Source: Eledone cirrhosa
Lineage: Eukaryota
Reading direction: 5' to 3'
DNA: 64,000 nucleotides
Assembly (NCBI GenBank): GCA_964016885.1
Contig: OZ024740.1
Span: 158,782,001 to 158,846,000 of the forward strand
The notes beneath the pieces are model-generated. The model was not told the DNA's origin. It did no database searches and saw nothing but the letters and a program-made list of their open reading frames with translations. The position numbers and the translations under genes were made by a program. Shown in pieces: positions 29,644 to 44,238 of the stretch. Numbering within the stretch: the first letter of the stretch is position 1; each line of letters begins with the position of its first letter.

Positions 29644-29665
29644 TGTATATATATGTATGTATATA
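28777..29665. repeat. (TATG/TA)n compound microsatellite with about 290 bp higher-order repeat
   Basis: Landmark ATACATATGTATACATACATATG recurs near 29253, 29537 and 32693. Confidence 0.9.
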
Positions 29666-32536
29666 ACTTTGAATAACTTTGAAATGTTTTGGCCAGTATT
29701 GGCCCAGGCCATGTCTAACTTAATAGCACCACCTGGCGAAGTCTTTCAATTCAGGATTTGGGCACCATGGCCCATTCGAGAAGAGAATTACTGTTTGCGG
29801 AGACATATCCGGGTGTGGGTGGTTTGTCCGGGATTACTTGGAGGAATTTGTCCAAAGACTTCTTGAATTTTGTGTGGTCAGTTTCTGTTTTGACGTGTCC
29901 TGGTGTGATGTTGAAGAGAGCAGGGCCGATTGAGGTGAAATAATTGTGCCGTATTGTTGTTATGAGTTGCGATTTAGATTTTTGAATGGGACGGATAGCA
30001 CGGGGCCCAAGCCTTGGGTGTATCTTGAAGGCGATGCCAACATCATTTGGGCAGTGATGATGGAACATTTTCCACATCATGCAGATAATATAACGCTCAC
30101 GGCGACGTTGGAGTGAGTAAAGTTTCAGGTTTTCCAATCGACCCCAGTAGTCAAGGTCTGACATGCCATCTATCTTTTTCGTGATTGCCCTTTGAGGAGC
30201 TTCAAGTTTCATGATACTTTGTTTCGTGTGGGGAGACCACAGTGGACAACAGTATTCAAGGTGTGGTCGGGCGAAAGTAGAGAAGAGAAGGATAATGGTG
30301 CGGGAATCTCTCGACTGGAAGGTTCTGAGGATCCAGGAACACATTCTGCGGGCCATGTCAACTTTGCTGCTTATATGCGTGGTCCAGCTTATGTTGCTGT
30401 CCACGGTTACTCCCAAGTCTCTGATGTTGTTAGATGCCACGAGAGTTTCCCCGGAGGGAAGGGAGTACGGGAGTTTCAGAGCATCCTCTTTTCCAAAGTG
30501 GATCAGTTCGAATTTGTCTTCGTTCAGTAACATGTTGTTCTTTTCTGCCCATTGGGTAACAGCCAGTAGGTCTGACTGAAGGCTTATCCGGTCATCCACG
30601 CCATTGATGACCTTTTGGAGCTTGGAATCATCAGCGAAAATTTTAATGTTGCTGTGTTTGATGATGTCAGTGATGTCATTAATATAGATGATGAAGAGAA
30701 GTGGGCCCAACACAGTGCCTTGTGGGACTCCACTACTGACTTTGGCTGGGCTTGATTTGACTCCCTCAACTACAACATGTTGGGTTCTGTTTGACAGGAA
30801 GCTCTTGATCCACTGCAGCAGCTTTCCAGTGACACCAATATTGGACAGCTTTCTCAGTAGAATGTTATGATCAACCCTGTCAAAGGCCTTGCTGAAATCA
30901 AGGTAGATAACATCAGTGTTGGAACCCTCTCCCAAGGCTCTCAAAATGTCATCAAAGTGATGCAGTAGTTGCGTCAGGCAATCCCTTCCATTACGGAATC
31001 CATGCTGGTTGGAGTTCAGCATATTGTTACTCTCAAGGAAGTGGGTCATTCGCGATCTCACCACTCGCTCAAATACCTTAATGATATGAGAGGTGAGTGA
31101 GATTGGACGGTAATTCACGGCAAGGGATTTGTTTCCCTTTTTGAAAACTGGGACAACAGACTGGGATAGAAGGTTTTCTGGCACATATCCAGCATCCAGT
31201 GAGTTCCGCCACAGATTGGCAAGAGGAGAAGCAAGTTGGTGTTGACACGCCTTCAAGACACAAGCAGGGAACCTATCGGGACCTACTGCTGAATTATGCT
31301 TGATTTCCTTTATTGCCGCCAAGACATCAGGGGCGCCAAACGTTATGTCCGATAAGGTGTAATGGGGAGTAACATCGCCGATACAGCCCAGATCGGCCAT
31401 ATCAGGATTGCTGAAAACAGAGCAGTATTGTTTCTGCAGTATCTCACCCATGGTTTTAGCATTGTCTTGAAGAGTGCCATTTTCATCAATTAGAGGGCCA
31501 ACAGTAGAGCCAGTGATTTTGTGTTTTTTTGCAAATGAAAAGAACACTTTGGGATTGAGTTTGATCTTCTCAATGGCCCAGGCCTCTTCAGCTCTTCTCT
31601 GATTGTTGATGAGGGACATTATGTTGTTTTGGAGGTTATGTTTTTTAATCTCTAGTGATGAAATGGCAGTCAAGTTGATGTGTTGCTGCTGACAGTATTT
31701 CAGATTGTTGATTTTTTTGTTCGTTCTCTTAATTTTTCTGATGAGCGTTTTTCTATTTCTAGGGATTCTGCTCTTAGATTTGTTTATAGTTCTTAATGGG
31801 GTGTGTTTAGCACATATGTTTGTAACAGTGTCCACAAATGTCTGCCAGGACTTTTTGATGTTAGTGGGTGTATGAGTGTGCGTGAAGGACCAGTCGACAT
31901 GTGCAAGATCATGACTGATCGCTTCCCAGTTTGCATTGTGGAAATCCATAGCGTCAAACGGATGGACAGGAGAAATGACATTGGGTTTGTATATTGGACG
32001 GTGGAATCTCAGATCACAGAGAACCATGTCATGATCAGAGAGTAGAGTTTTCTCCACTGCAATATTGTGGATATTGTCAGTGTGATTGCTGAAAATTAAG
32101 TCTAGGACGTTTTTGTGGCACCTCGTTGGTTCGAGCACTAGTTGGGATAGGAAGAAATCATCCATGAAGTCAAGAAGCGATTCCACAGCTTCCCTGTCAG
32201 AGGTTGAGGCAGAAGAACCTGGTGGCAGGGTGTTTGTGGACCAGTCAACTCCGGGGAGGTTGAAGTCCCCCATCATTAAGATGTTGTCAGGGTGACACTC
32301 TTGGATGAAACACTTTATGCTGTTGAGGCATTCCTTGAAGCATGGTACAGGCGTTTGGGGTGGCCTATAGAGCCCAACTACTAATAGGTTGTTGGTTTGA
32401 CTGAATACAGTGACTGCCTCACAGTATCCATTAGTGAATATGTTCATAGCCTCTGTTGAGAAAGAATTATGGACATAAATGGCAGTTCCGCCCTTTCTTC
32501 TGCCAGCGCGATCAGCACGGATGGCTTTGAAATTTT
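29666..32536 (-). mobile_element. CR1-group LINE, 5'-truncated within APE, intact ORF2 remainder, short 3' UTR with (TTCAAAGTTA)2 tail
   Basis: Sharp GC step against the TA flanks; see the CDS entry. Confidence 0.93.
29751..32534 (-). CDS. LINE ORF2 (APE endonuclease + reverse transcriptase), CR1 group, N-terminally truncated
   Basis: Frame is open upstream of the track's Met ([12 protein letters not shown]); [63 protein letters not shown]; no stops in about 928 codons. Confidence 0.92.
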   Translation of the reverse strand, partial: NFKAIRADRAGRRKGGTAIYVHNSFSTEAMNIFTNGYCEAVTVFSQTNNLLVVGLYRPPQTPVPCFKECLNSIKCFIQECHPDNILMMGDFNLPGVDWSTNTLPPGSSASTSDREAVESLLDFMDDFFLSQLVLEPTRCHKNVLDLIFSNHTDNIHNIAVEKTLLSDHDMVLCDLRFHRPIYKPNVISPVHPFDAMDFHNANWEAISHDLAHVDWSFTHTHTPTNIKKSWQTFVDTVTNICAKHTPLRTINKSKSRIPRNRKTLIRKIKRTNKKINNLKYCQQQHINLTAISSLEIKKHNLQNNIMSLINNQRRAEEAWAIEKIKLNPKVFFSFAKKHKITGSTVGPLIDENGTLQDNAKTMGEILQKQYCSVFSNPDMADLGCIGDVTPHYTLSDITFGAPDVLAAIKEIKHNSAVGPDRFPACVLKACQHQLASPLANLWRNSLDAGYVPENLLSQSVVPVFKKGNKSLAVNYRPISLTSHIIKVFERVVRSRMTHFLESNNMLNSNQHGFRNGRDCLTQLLHHFDDILRALGEGSNTDVIYLDFSKAFDRVDHNILLRKLSNIGVTGKLLQWIKSFLSNRTQHVVVEGVKSSPAKVSSGVPQGTVLGPLLFIIYINDITDIIKHSNIKIFADDSKLQKVINGVDDRISLQSDLLAVTQWAEKNNMLLNEDKFELIHFGKEDALKLPYSLPSGETLVASNNIRDLGVTVDSNISWTTHISSKVDMARRMCSWILRTFQSRDSRTIILLFSTFARPHLEYCCPLWSPHTKQSIMKLEAPQRAITKKIDGMSDLDYWGRLENLKLYSLQRRRERYIICMMWKMFHHHCPNDVGIAFKIHPRLGPRAIRPIQKSKSQLITTIRHNYFTSIGPALFNITPGHVKTETDHTKFKKSLDKFLQVIPDKPPTPGYVSANSNSLLEWAMVPKS

Positions 32537-33110
<574 letters not shown>

Positions 33111-33867
33111 TGTTAATAATTCAGCTATTATTGATTAGGCATACAAGTTGTGATTATTACACTGATATTTTGTGTGTTTTTGATAATGAACTTATCATAC
33201 GTATACTACACACTCTCTGTATGTGTGTGTATATATAATGAATGAATGAAGATTAATACGGATAAACTATACAGTAGGATTTATTCCAAGCATTAACATA
33301 TGTTTCATTGGCTAGTATGTAGTCGAATGCGTCTTAAAATCGCTACCTGCAATGTTATCGTGAAATTCAATTTAAAATACTGCTTATACCAGGCAAATAA
33401 TGAAAATACTGATTTTGGATTTTGTGATACAATGTATTTATATTGAGGTATACAGACATCAAGATCAAAAACAACAAGATGAAAAACAAAATAAAATACA
33501 ATAAAATAAATAAACGTAGAGGTTTAATTATCTGATAGGTAATAAAGATATATATGATGAGGGCTGCAACTTGATTTCGAGTAATGCCATCGCTTGATAC
33601 TTAAGCATGAGCATCACTGACGCGGCTTTTTAGTCCTGCTAGGGACTTATGGTGTCAAGAGATGCCTGTGGTTGAAGCTTTCTTTTAAGTGAGGATAGGT
33701 TTTGCATGTGACCAATCCCTGCTAGGGACTTATGGTCACAAAAAAATGTCACATGTCAAGAGATGCCTGTGCTTGAAGCTTTCTTTTAAGTGAGGAAAGG
33801 TTTTGCACATGACCAATCCCACTCTCTGAACATTGAATGCATTTGCTCAAAAAGAAGAACTGGTCTA

Positions 33868-33914
<47 letters not shown>

Positions 33915-34056
33915 AGTGTAAATGTATAAGTATTTCTACCTTTCTTAATATATTTGGCTATAAAATAATTCCCCAATCCAACTCAGCACTGAAAAGTAGG
34001 TATAAAAACGAAGCTGATGATATATATGGTCGGTTAAAAATATTTTTGTCCGTGAC

Positions 34057-34308
34057 ATGTAATGACATTAGGGACAAAAAACTGTGCAGATTGGAATGTA
34101 ATGACATTAGGGACAAAAAACTGTGCAGATTGGAATGCAATGACATTAGGGACACAAAACTGTGCAGATTGGAATGTAATGACATTAGGGACACAAAACT
34201 GTGCAGATTGGAATGTAATGACATTAGGGACACAAAACTGTGCAGATTGGAATGGCATACATTGGAATGGCATACATTGGAATGGCATACATTGGAATGG
34301 CATACATT
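34057..34308. repeat. Minisatellite: 5 x 39 bp then about 4 x 15 bp
   Basis: ATGTAATGACATTAGGGACA(A/C)AAAACTGTGCAGATTGGA x5, then ATGGCATACATTGGA x4. Confidence 0.95.
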
Positions 34309-35956
34309 CATGTGAATGCATGGTTCTTGGCAAGCTTTTTGCAAGTATCATTTACTGTCAGTTAGCCAGCATGTAAAGTACTATACTACTTGTTGCATTT
34401 TCATTTTACCTGATACTTTCAATAAGTTCCTGAATACCATGGTAACTGGATAGGAGACGTTGGGTAAACCAAAGATCATTTATCACAATGAAAGCATCCA
34501 GTGTTGCCAAGACTAAAAAAAGAAAGCATACCATGTGTACAACAAAATCAAAGTGTTTTCTTTGACTATTGATGCGTTGTGCTTTAGGGATTTGAATTAA
34601 GACATACTCTTACAAAGGAGTAATATCAGAAAGTTCTCTGAAGTCTTTGCAATGCATTTCAGCACAAGAAACTGGATAGGTTTGCTTCACAAAACTGGCA
34701 GCTGCGCCATATAGCTGATCCAAGTGAGTGGAGGCATAACGGGCCTACTTTGAAAGGATTTAGTACTTGAACCCTGACCAACTACGCAATGTCTTTCCCA
34801 GCCTATGGTTGGATATGTTTTTGGCATACCTCTTATACATATAAACTGCAGATGGAAGAAACATTGAATACTTCATCATGATATGATAGAGGCATGTAAG
34901 AGAAAGTCAAACTAAGTGTGTGAAATAATTCTTCAGAAATAATAATAAGTAATTATTTGGTTATAGCTACCTGTCCTTTGGTAAGGGGGTTGCATGCATG
35001 ACAAGTGATAGGATGTGGACTAAAAGTAATCTGCCACTCTAGCAACTCAGTAAATTTGCTGTCTTCCTGTTTTGAGTATTGAACCAAATTCATTGCCTAG
35101 TTTAACCTTTTAGCATTTACATTACTCTGTATTTACTATTATATTTTCATACCAAAGACATTACCTCCCATAATTATCTCACATAATATCGAATCTATGA
35201 GATTTTGATATTATTTATTGTGAGAACAATACCTTGACATCAGTATGAGTAGCCAGTTACAGCCGGTTTGAACAGAAAGAGGTGAGAGAATTTTGGCTGG
35301 ATATGGCCAGTTTAAAGGGTTAATAACACCAGATGACCCTTCCTCACCTTTGCTAAAATTACTCCATTGTAAGTATTCAGATCAGGTCTATAGTTTGAAG
35401 ATAGCAAAATCTTCCTTCTCTCCTCCTCAATATTAGTGGAGGTTCTGAAAAAGAAAAAGAAAAACAGTCATGGGGCCTGCCTCTAATTTCCTGATTAAAA
35501 AAAAAGATATTTTAATGTTTAGCTGTTTAGTCATTTGGGGTCTTCAAGACTAGTTGGGTGTGAAGAAGCATGGAAGGTATTGAACTGGAGACTTGCTCAG
35601 AATTTTTTGCAACAGTAGGAACCCTGCTAAAGGCACACCCATGGCATACATAATAGTGTTAAACCAGGCAACAGATTAAGTCTACCACACACATAGTGGG
35701 ATCTTAAATCAGAATACAAGTAGCTTGACTGGTACTTTATTTTCCTTACTCAACAAAGATGATTTTGACAGTTAAAGAAAAAAAAAAGCCAGAAACTGTG
35801 TTGAATTATATATATAGTATGTGTGTGTGTGTATATATAGGTTCAATCAGTAGTAACAGCAGTAAGTAAGGTACTCAATACATTAGTAGAGTGTAACCCA
35901 TGCTAGCGTTGATAAATGGATGTAAAACGATGATGATGATGATATATATATATATA

Positions 35957-36019
<63 letters not shown>

Positions 36020-36109
36020 AAGATATCATACTCTGCTCTATGAGAGCATCAAGTGCTCATACGGCCTACCGCATACGGACGGTTTAAGCATCCAACACCA
36101 ATTATATAT

Positions 36110-36433
36110 GGAGGCACACGGCTTAGTGGTTAGAGCAATCGAAAGGTTGTGAGTTCAATTCTCAGACCGGGTGATGTGATGTTTCTTTGAGCAAGACACT
36201 TTATTTCACATTGCTCCAGTTTACTCAGCTGTAGAAATGAGATGATAGGGACTCGGGTCCCTATCATTCCACTGCAAAGTGGTCGTGGAGGTGCCACGGC
36301 AAAAAAGCACCCAGCACTCACTGTAAATGAGGTTGGTGTTAGGAAGGGCATCCAGCTGTAGAAATCAAACCAGAATCAGTTCCCGTCCCACCCTTGCAAA
36401 CAGGGGAAAGCAAACGTAAAAAATGATGATGAT
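36110..36433 (+). mobile_element. Full-length tRNA-derived SINE with RTE tail, flanked by 89 bp direct repeats
   Basis: A/B boxes, CTTTGAGCAAGACACTTTA body, RTE 3' motifs, (GAT)n; 36021-36109 is nearly identical to 36437-36525. Confidence 0.9.
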
Positions 36434-36525
36434 CGCAGATATCATACTGTGCTCTATGAGAGCATCGAGTGTTCATACGGCCTACCACATACGGACGGTT
36501 TAAGCATCCAACACCAATTATATAT

Positions 36526-36626
36526 CATCATCATCATCATCATCATCATCATTTAACGTCCGTGTTCCACGCTTGCATGGGTTTGGACGGGGGTTTTCCC
36601 ACTTGAGGCAAGAGTGATTGTCTTGC
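36526..36626 (-). mobile_element. RTE 3' tail fragment
   Basis: (ATC)n followed by the terminal hairpin. Confidence 0.85.
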
Positions 36627-36920
36627 TATTCATTAGTTAAGCAAAACAAGACCACAAATTTCACAAGGAAGACATTATTAAAAGATTGTCAACATAGTTT
36701 TAGTTTAATGTAAGGAATGTAAAGAATAATAATAATAATACTAATAATGTCCGTTTACAATTGTTTCGCTACTCCATATAATGTTTCTGGATCAAATGAT
36801 TATAGATCATTATTGATCTGGTTCAGTTGAAGATAATTAACTTTGGCTTCTAACTAATTCACCAATCTCTCTTCTCCTCTCCTATCTCCATATCTCTCTT
36901 TAAGATTCGTTACTCTTGAA

Positions 36921-36994
<74 letters not shown>

Positions 36995-37699
36995 CTGAGT
37001 GTGCATGTGTGTATATATGTTTATTATATTTCTGTATGTACATGTATATCTTGTACCTCTTTCTATACACCATATTGTATATACAGTTAACTATGCAACC
37101 ATATGCTTCACTGTTGTGTGTGTTGTTGCTGTTGTTTAGTCGTTATTGTAATAGTAGCAGACTCAAGATGCAATTGTTTGAAACTTGTTTAAGAAACCTG
37201 GTGTGTTCTTAGCCCTCAGGAATAAAATGTTAATTTATTTTGCTGGCCCCCATGTACCTACCTAGCTACCTATCAACCTAGCTACCTATTAACCTACCTG
37301 GCTACCTGCCTGTCTGATTGGTTGGCTGACTAGCTGACGCAGCAGTTGCACTCTTACTTCATGGTTGAGTGATTAAGAGTAGAAGCTGTAGTGGTATGAG
37401 TGAGAGAAGGAGGTACCTTTCCAGCTGTAATACAGTTTGTTTCAATTATGTGTTCATGTAGGTGTGTATGTGTGTGTGTATAAGTGCATATGTGTGAATG
37501 TACATACATATGTATATGTTTGTATTTATGTATATACATACATAATGTGTGTGTGTTCTATTAATATCAGAACAATTTTACTTAACTTATCCCATTATAA
37601 CTAGCAAAGTATAAAGGAAAATTGTATTTAAAATCTACTCCTCAATATAATACAGAGAACAATACATATTTTACACCTGTATTTGCTTATGTATGTATA

Positions 37700-37990
37700 T
37701 AGCGTCTCTTTTTGTTGCACTTTAACTGGTCTTGTTTGTGGGCTCCAGTTCACGCTATGTGGTGCTATTTATATTGGTCAGACTCGCCATCGACTGGCCG
37801 ACAGATTTGTTGAACATCTGCAGGACATCTGGGTCAGCAACTCATCCTCAGTGGCCCAACGTTTCCACTCTGCCGGTCATTCTACGTGTTAGCTCACTGT
37901 GTTCAGGTTTGCTTCCCGCATCAGAGTCCCCGACATTTGCCGCCAGTGTGATCAGAGGTTTATTTTTTTTCTTAATACTTCTACCCTCCC
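37700..37990 (+). mobile_element. Penelope-like element GIY-YIG endonuclease remnant (Neptune-like)
   Basis: FCCTLTGLVCGLQFTLCGAIYIGQTRHRLADRFVEHLQDI...VAQRFHSAGHS. Confidence 0.8.
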
Positions 37991-38537
37991 ATGACCTCAA
38001 TGTACCTCCTCTTTTCCTCTGATCTGATCTGCACACCCCATCCAGTACCCTCCCTTACCATGAACCCGCACTGAAATACTCTCATACACTACAACAAAAT
38101 ACTCAAACAAACTTATTAATAAATAAACATGTAGAACAGCACACACACACACCTTTTCTATTGGATGATCAGCTTGGTTATCGATTGGTGGGAGGGCTGA
38201 CCGTGTGTCTGTGCCTACTTGTGAGTACAAGGGTACCAGAAAATATGATCAAAAGGTAAATTTGTACGATGGTTTGTGAATAACAGCTGTACTACTTAAA
38301 CACACATATATAGATCTGTGTATCTATATAAATATAAATATATATATATATTTATATAGATACAGAGTTTTGTAGCTTTGAATCATTGTTTAATAGGAAA
38401 CACAAATTTAAATTTTGGGATCGTTAAATTTGCTAAGGTTGATTCTTTTGTTATCTTGCCAATTTAACATTCTTCATACAAACTGTTTTGGTCTTCAAAA
38501 TTTAAATTTGTGTTTTATATATATATATATATATATA

Positions 38538-38883
38538 CAGTTGTTCCCGGTATGCACGGGGGTTATGTTCCTAGAGCACCCTTGAATATTGGATGAATAT
38601 ATTATTCCATAAAAATGCCTACAAACGTCAAAATATAACGTAAAATATAATAAAAAAAGAGGGAGCATCTTATGTGAAGGGGCATCCAATAGGCCAGTAA
38701 ATTCGGTATATTGTTATTAAAAATTTATCGTTAAAATTATATTGCCACGAAAGAAGCCATTAAAAAATTGCAGAAGATTTTTACGATTCTGTGAATATGC
38801 GGTGGTTTCCACAAACAATTATTAGTTAGGCTCTAAGGAAAAGCCCGCAAATAATCGGGACCGCGAATGCTAGGGGTACACTG
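38538..38883. mobile_element. Tc1/pogo (Tigger-like) MITE
   Basis: TA-CAGT...CCC..GCA(T/C)..GCGG imperfect TIRs with TA on both sides. Confidence 0.7.
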
Positions 38884-39026
38884 TATATATATATATATAT
38901 ATATATGTACGTCAATACTCATCTCTTTCCATTTATCAGACTAAAATTTCTTTAGTCAAAAAATACGGTGAAAGCTCTTCTATTTTCTAATTTCAAACCT
39001 GCTCACTGTTTCAAAACATATTTTTA

Positions 39027-39072
<46 letters not shown>

Positions 39073-39556
39073 CGTATACGAGATATTGTTTCTCTTTCTC
39101 TATATATATTAATAAATACAAAGACCAAAAACCAAAGAAGACTGTATAAAGGGCTGTATATTTATAAATATATATAAACCCGTAGAGCAAATATTTATTG
39201 TTAGTACACAAAAACTTCTGCTTTTATCCTAAGCGGGCTCATCTGAAACTGAGAAAAATTAATCTGTAGACACAGAAACAAATATTTAAAAAAAGTTACA
39301 CCTTTAGAAAACAGAAAAACATAACGGTAGTGCGTAAGGATATTCTCTTGAGATGGGTGAAATCTATGCAAAGAGAATTACATCATTATGTTGAGCGAGA
39401 ACAACAAATTCTTGTCATGGAAAAAATCATATTCTTGCTTTGGAAAAATCAAAAGACTAATATTCTTTTTAGAATAGCCAAATAATTTCCAGCTACCATA
39501 TATTGAAAATGATATTAATAGTTGTAAAATAGTTGGATATGAAGATACTGTAGGTA

Positions 39557-40335
39557 TTGATAATAATAATAATAATAATAATAATAATATAATAATAATA
39601 ATGCTTCTTTATTAATCACAAGGGTTTACATAAAGTAGACATTAAGGACAATACAGGACGGTACAAATCGGCATTTTTGCATGTAAAAAAAAACAAACCG
39701 GAGGATGTAACAAAAAAAGAAAAATTAAAAATTCCCCAATAGAAGGAGACTTCTGAGGGCTATCGTGGAGAAAGCCCATTAAAAAAGCCATGGTCACCCT
39801 GACCACCAGGGCAAGTGCCCTCTCCCAGTTTTCCACCTTCAATTTACAGGCATATACTCAGAGTAGGCCCATTCACCCATCTTTCAACAAAATGCTGGGA
39901 AGAGAGCACTTCCCTCTCTACCCTGATTTTCATTTTCAAATGAAATTTGAAAAAGTTAATCAGGGCATCACCGAAGAGGTAAGTGCTCGTCTTCAGCCCT
40001 TTCAGATGCATCCATCATACTATCTCTTTCACCATGGCCACCAGACAGATAAAAACTGCCTGCCCTTCCCGGGTAAAGGAAGAGGGCGAGGCAATCCTCA
40101 CGATGGACTCAGCTGATAGCCAGATCCGTTCTACATGCGACAGCAGGTGTTTGACATAAACCCACGAGCAGCAATGCTCGGACACTGGATGAGTGCATGC
40201 AGGACGGTTTCGTCGCCCTGCGCGCATCTCGGACATGCCCGGCTGACAGCACTTCCATGCCTATAGAGTTTATCCCGAGCTGGCAAAGCTCCTCGGTAGC
40301 ACTGCCAAGCCAGGATTTCTGGAAATTGAATAATA
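39557..40335 (-). mobile_element. L1/Tx1 LINE 3' fragment
   Basis: LAWQCYRGALPARDKLYRHG..CPRCAQGDETVLHALIQCP (zf-RVT CCHC); (TTA)n tail at 39557-39602. Confidence 0.85.
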
Positions 40336-40440
40336 ATGAAAACATTAATAGTAATATTTTTGGATTTAGTCTCATACATATGTAATTGCTGACTGGTGTG
40401 GATGCATGTGTTAATGAAAATATAGTGCATAAAAATTATG

Positions 40441-40492
<52 letters not shown>

Positions 40493-40606
40493 AATATGCA
40501 TGTATTTACATACATACATATACTCACATTCATACGCACATACACACATGCATACATATATATATATATACATACATATATATTTATCTCTATATATATG
40601 CATATA

Positions 40607-40672
<66 letters not shown>

Positions 40673-40677
40673 TATAA

Positions 40678-41045
40678 TTCGTTTTTGAATTTGTTTTGCA
40701 AGATTTCTTATCTGAAAACGTGTGTTGAAACAGATATTGTTATACTTTGGGAGGGTCATGTTGTCAATAAAAACACACGCACCTGTTGGTTTTCACTTCA
40801 ATCTATTATAAATTTCCAGTTGGTTTGATAACCCGAAGGTTTATATATTGTCAAAGCTCTTTCATCACACATTCTGTGACCTCTTCAGTAACTAGGTTTT
40901 TATTTTGTATGTCTCTCCTTTGTTCTGTCCTACACCATCTTGTTTTTGTGTGTTGTGTGCTTAGTTTGCGCATGCCTTACATCCGGGGGGGGGGGGGGGC
41001 GTTATATTTGTTGCCTCTGTGATTTGCCTGAGCACTGCATCTTTT
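40678..41045 (+). repeat. Dispersed repeat (family of 7418-7940)
   Basis: Colinear homology. Confidence 0.75.
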
Positions 41046-42293
41046 CTATGTGTGAATATGATTTTTTTCTCTATATTCTCTAATGTGCTCCTATGTTCTA
41101 TTTTCGCTGTTCCACCTATCTATGTTATATTCTTATTCCTACACATTAGAGAACATAGCTATGAGGACAAAGAGTTAAACTCTTTCTTGAGCAATCTGGA
41201 TTTTGTGTTTGGTTTTGATTGTAGGCGTATGGCTTACATTTGGGTGGGTTCATATTTGGCTTTGGTTTAATTCTGGTTTCATTTACCTTCAGCTTAAGGT
41301 CTTAGTTACACACCCACATATCATATAGAAATATTCAAATGAATGAAACAGTTCTTGTCCTGTAGAAATATATGAAATAAATATGTACCTTCTCTATATT
41401 TTGTACTTTATTTAATTGCAGTTCTCTTTGTTTCTCTTCAGAAAACTTTTTCTTAATTACACACTCATACACACACATACATTCACTCACATATCATTCG
41501 TAAATTAGATTCTTAATCAGAAAATGAATTGGAATGTAGAGTGTAATAGTTCCTATTTGCACTACCAATGTTTCAAATCTCTTTACTTTCTTCTGGTAGA
41601 GAGAGGAAATGATGTATATGTACCGTATGCCATCGTAATAACATTTACTTGCAAGAGTGATAGACAGACAGACAAATAGGTATCTATTTATCTGTATATC
41701 TATGTGTTGTGCCTCTACTGAAGATGGACAAAGAGCTCTCTTTGTTCCATCTAGTGATTAGAGTGTTTGGCTCATAATCCTAAGACCATGAGTCCGATTC
41801 CTAGTGGAACATTGCATCCTTGAGCAAGACACTTGTAACTGTAGCAGGTTCGGCACTCACTGTGTCATGATGATTCTCCCTGTCAACTATGCAAATGGTG
41901 CACGTGCCTGTAGAAAGTCTAACAATAAAGTCTAACAACAGACATGTTTAATTCATGAGCAGGCTGTTTGTTCCCTTGTCAAAATAACTGGAACACTCCC
42001 CCGTCAAAACTGACGGAAGTTCAGTATTTTCCAAGATGACAATACAGGCAGTATATATGCCACAGTTGAGTGGTTTGCCATAATAAAAGGAAACTCAGTT
42101 CTAAAATAATGATGACTCCATCAAAAGACTATCTTACACATGTAAATATTGAAAGAATAATCTAATTCTGCAAAGGTTTTTTGTTTCTTGTATTTGTTTT
42201 AAATGTCTGAAGAGGAGTAGCAATAAGTACATTCTTCTTAATCCTTTTGATACCAACCTGCCTAAAACTACCTCTGATTTCATAATACTAACC

Positions 42294-42488
42294 CAGACCT
42301 GCCAACCTCTAAAAACTCAAATGGGGAGTGCCATGAAAAGAAATGCTCTAAAACAGAAAGAAATGAGACAAAATAGGGGGATTTTACATGATGAAAGCAA
42401 TACCCATTTTCACAAGAGAAGACATCTCTCACCCACCCCAAAGTGGGTGGGAGATCTTCCCATCGGACAGGAAGAGTTGACAGGTCTG
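42294..42488. mobile_element. MITE with CAGACCTG(C/T)CAAC TIRs nested in a piggyBac-type MITE (42239-42690)
   Basis: CAGACCTGCCAAC ... GTTGACAGGTCTG; no TSD seen. Confidence 0.6.
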
Positions 42489-44238
42489 CTCATCTGTTCA
42501 TTTTAAAGTAGTTATATTTATCTAAAAACCTTCCTTTATAATTATAAGGAAGAACCTTGAAGTTATATTCCACACACCAGCTTAATAATGAGGAAGTTAG
42601 TTACATTACTAAATTCCTCTAACTATTTTCAAAATGATTTTCAACTCAAAGTCTGTGTCTTTCATTAGAAATATGGTAAAGACAAGTTTCTTCCTTGATG
42701 ACTACTGCAGTTGCTATTTTGTATGGAACTTTCTTCATCTGAAATAGTAAGACAGCAAGTGAATGGGGGAACGTTGATGTAGTAATTCAACTTGCAAGAA
42801 ATAAGTCAAATTTCCCTCAAATCAACCTGACTGTCTTTAAAAAAGGACATATTGGATAACGTAAACTTAGATATGTGTGGTCTAAAATCACTGTTGAAAT
42901 GTCTCTGTTATGAAAAAGTTATATTTTGTTGTTTAACCCTTTAGCATTTAAACCAGCCATATCTGGCCAGAATTTTCTCACCCCTTTCTGCTCAAAACAT
43001 CCGTAACTCACTGCTCATACCGACATTAAAGTATTGTTCTCAAAATAAATAATAGCGAAATCTCATTGATTTAATATAATGTGAGATAAAGTGTTTACCA
43101 TGAAAATACAATAGTAAATATAGAGTAATCTAAATGCTAAAGTGTTAAATTATAATTGTATTCTGTGTGGTGTATTTTGGGTAGTTTAGGCTTATTGTAT
43201 TTAGTTGTTGGGTGGGATATTGTATGGAAAAATTTTATAAACACTATGTCTAAATAAAAAGGTGCGATCGATGTTCATAGCTGGAACATCTTTAGTCATG
43301 AATTTGTTCATTGAGTCAACAACAAGAATAGGAAAGCTAAGTGAGCAGTTTTGTTCACTTATGCAAGTAGGATAATTCAGATGAAAATTAAGCAGGTCAC
43401 TCTGACTTATATTTTACTGAGAATATCCACCACCCTAATTTTAATAAAACAATAAATGAAACAAAAATTGTTTTAGAGAATTTATTCAAATACACACACA
43501 CACACACACAGTGAATTTTTGTTAAATTTTATTCAATACACCTCTTACATGGAATCCTAGAGTTCATTGGAACCCACTTTGGGAAATACTGCTCTAAATA
43601 AACTCATAACCCCCCCCCCCCCCCAAAAAAAAAAACACACACACACACACACACACACAAGGGTACACTTCCAGCCAGCCATAATTCCCACTCCTTATTT
43701 GTACCTATTTTCTCATTAGTAAAGACTTAGTGATTAGGGTGGGGCATTTATGATTGGAATGTCATGGGTTCAATTCTAGGACAAGTTGGCATGTTTTGTT
43801 CTTGAACAGAACACTTCATTTTCAATTCCTCGAGTCCTCCCAGCTGAAAATGAACACCAGCTTCAGCTGTAGGGTTAACTCTGTGGCTGACTGGCATCCT
43901 GATGAGTATTCAGGATTAAGACAGACTCTTTTTTAAATATCATTTAGAAAATCTTGACTGTGGTACAATCATGGTTCTTTTCTCTACATAATGAGAATCT
44001 TGAAACTTGATTAATTCTTGTTAGTAGGGATAGGAAATAAAGCATTATGTTAAGCTGTTCTTTGTTTATCTCCCAAGTCAACACTGGTCAATCAAATCAA
44101 TGATCAAAGGCATTCTGTCCATGGCGATCAGGTTATTTTATTTAGTTCACTTTAGTTCATGTTGCTTCATTCCAGTCAATTGACAAAAGTGAGTTGTACC
44201 CGTGATTCAAAGGACTTGCCTTGTCAACACACTGTCAC

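Noticed and set aside
34057-34308. Regular 39 bp repeats resembling a CRISPR array
   Set aside because: Units are contiguous with no unique spacers, no cas genes, and the context is eukaryotic
36110-36170. tRNA-like A/B boxes (also near 8250-8314 and 25806-25860)
   Set aside because: These are SINE heads continuing into SINE body and RTE tail; no acceptor stem or terminator of a tRNA gene
38910-38975. GACTAAA/TTTAGTC hairpin with hammerhead-like spacing
   Set aside because: Both core motifs are too decayed to call
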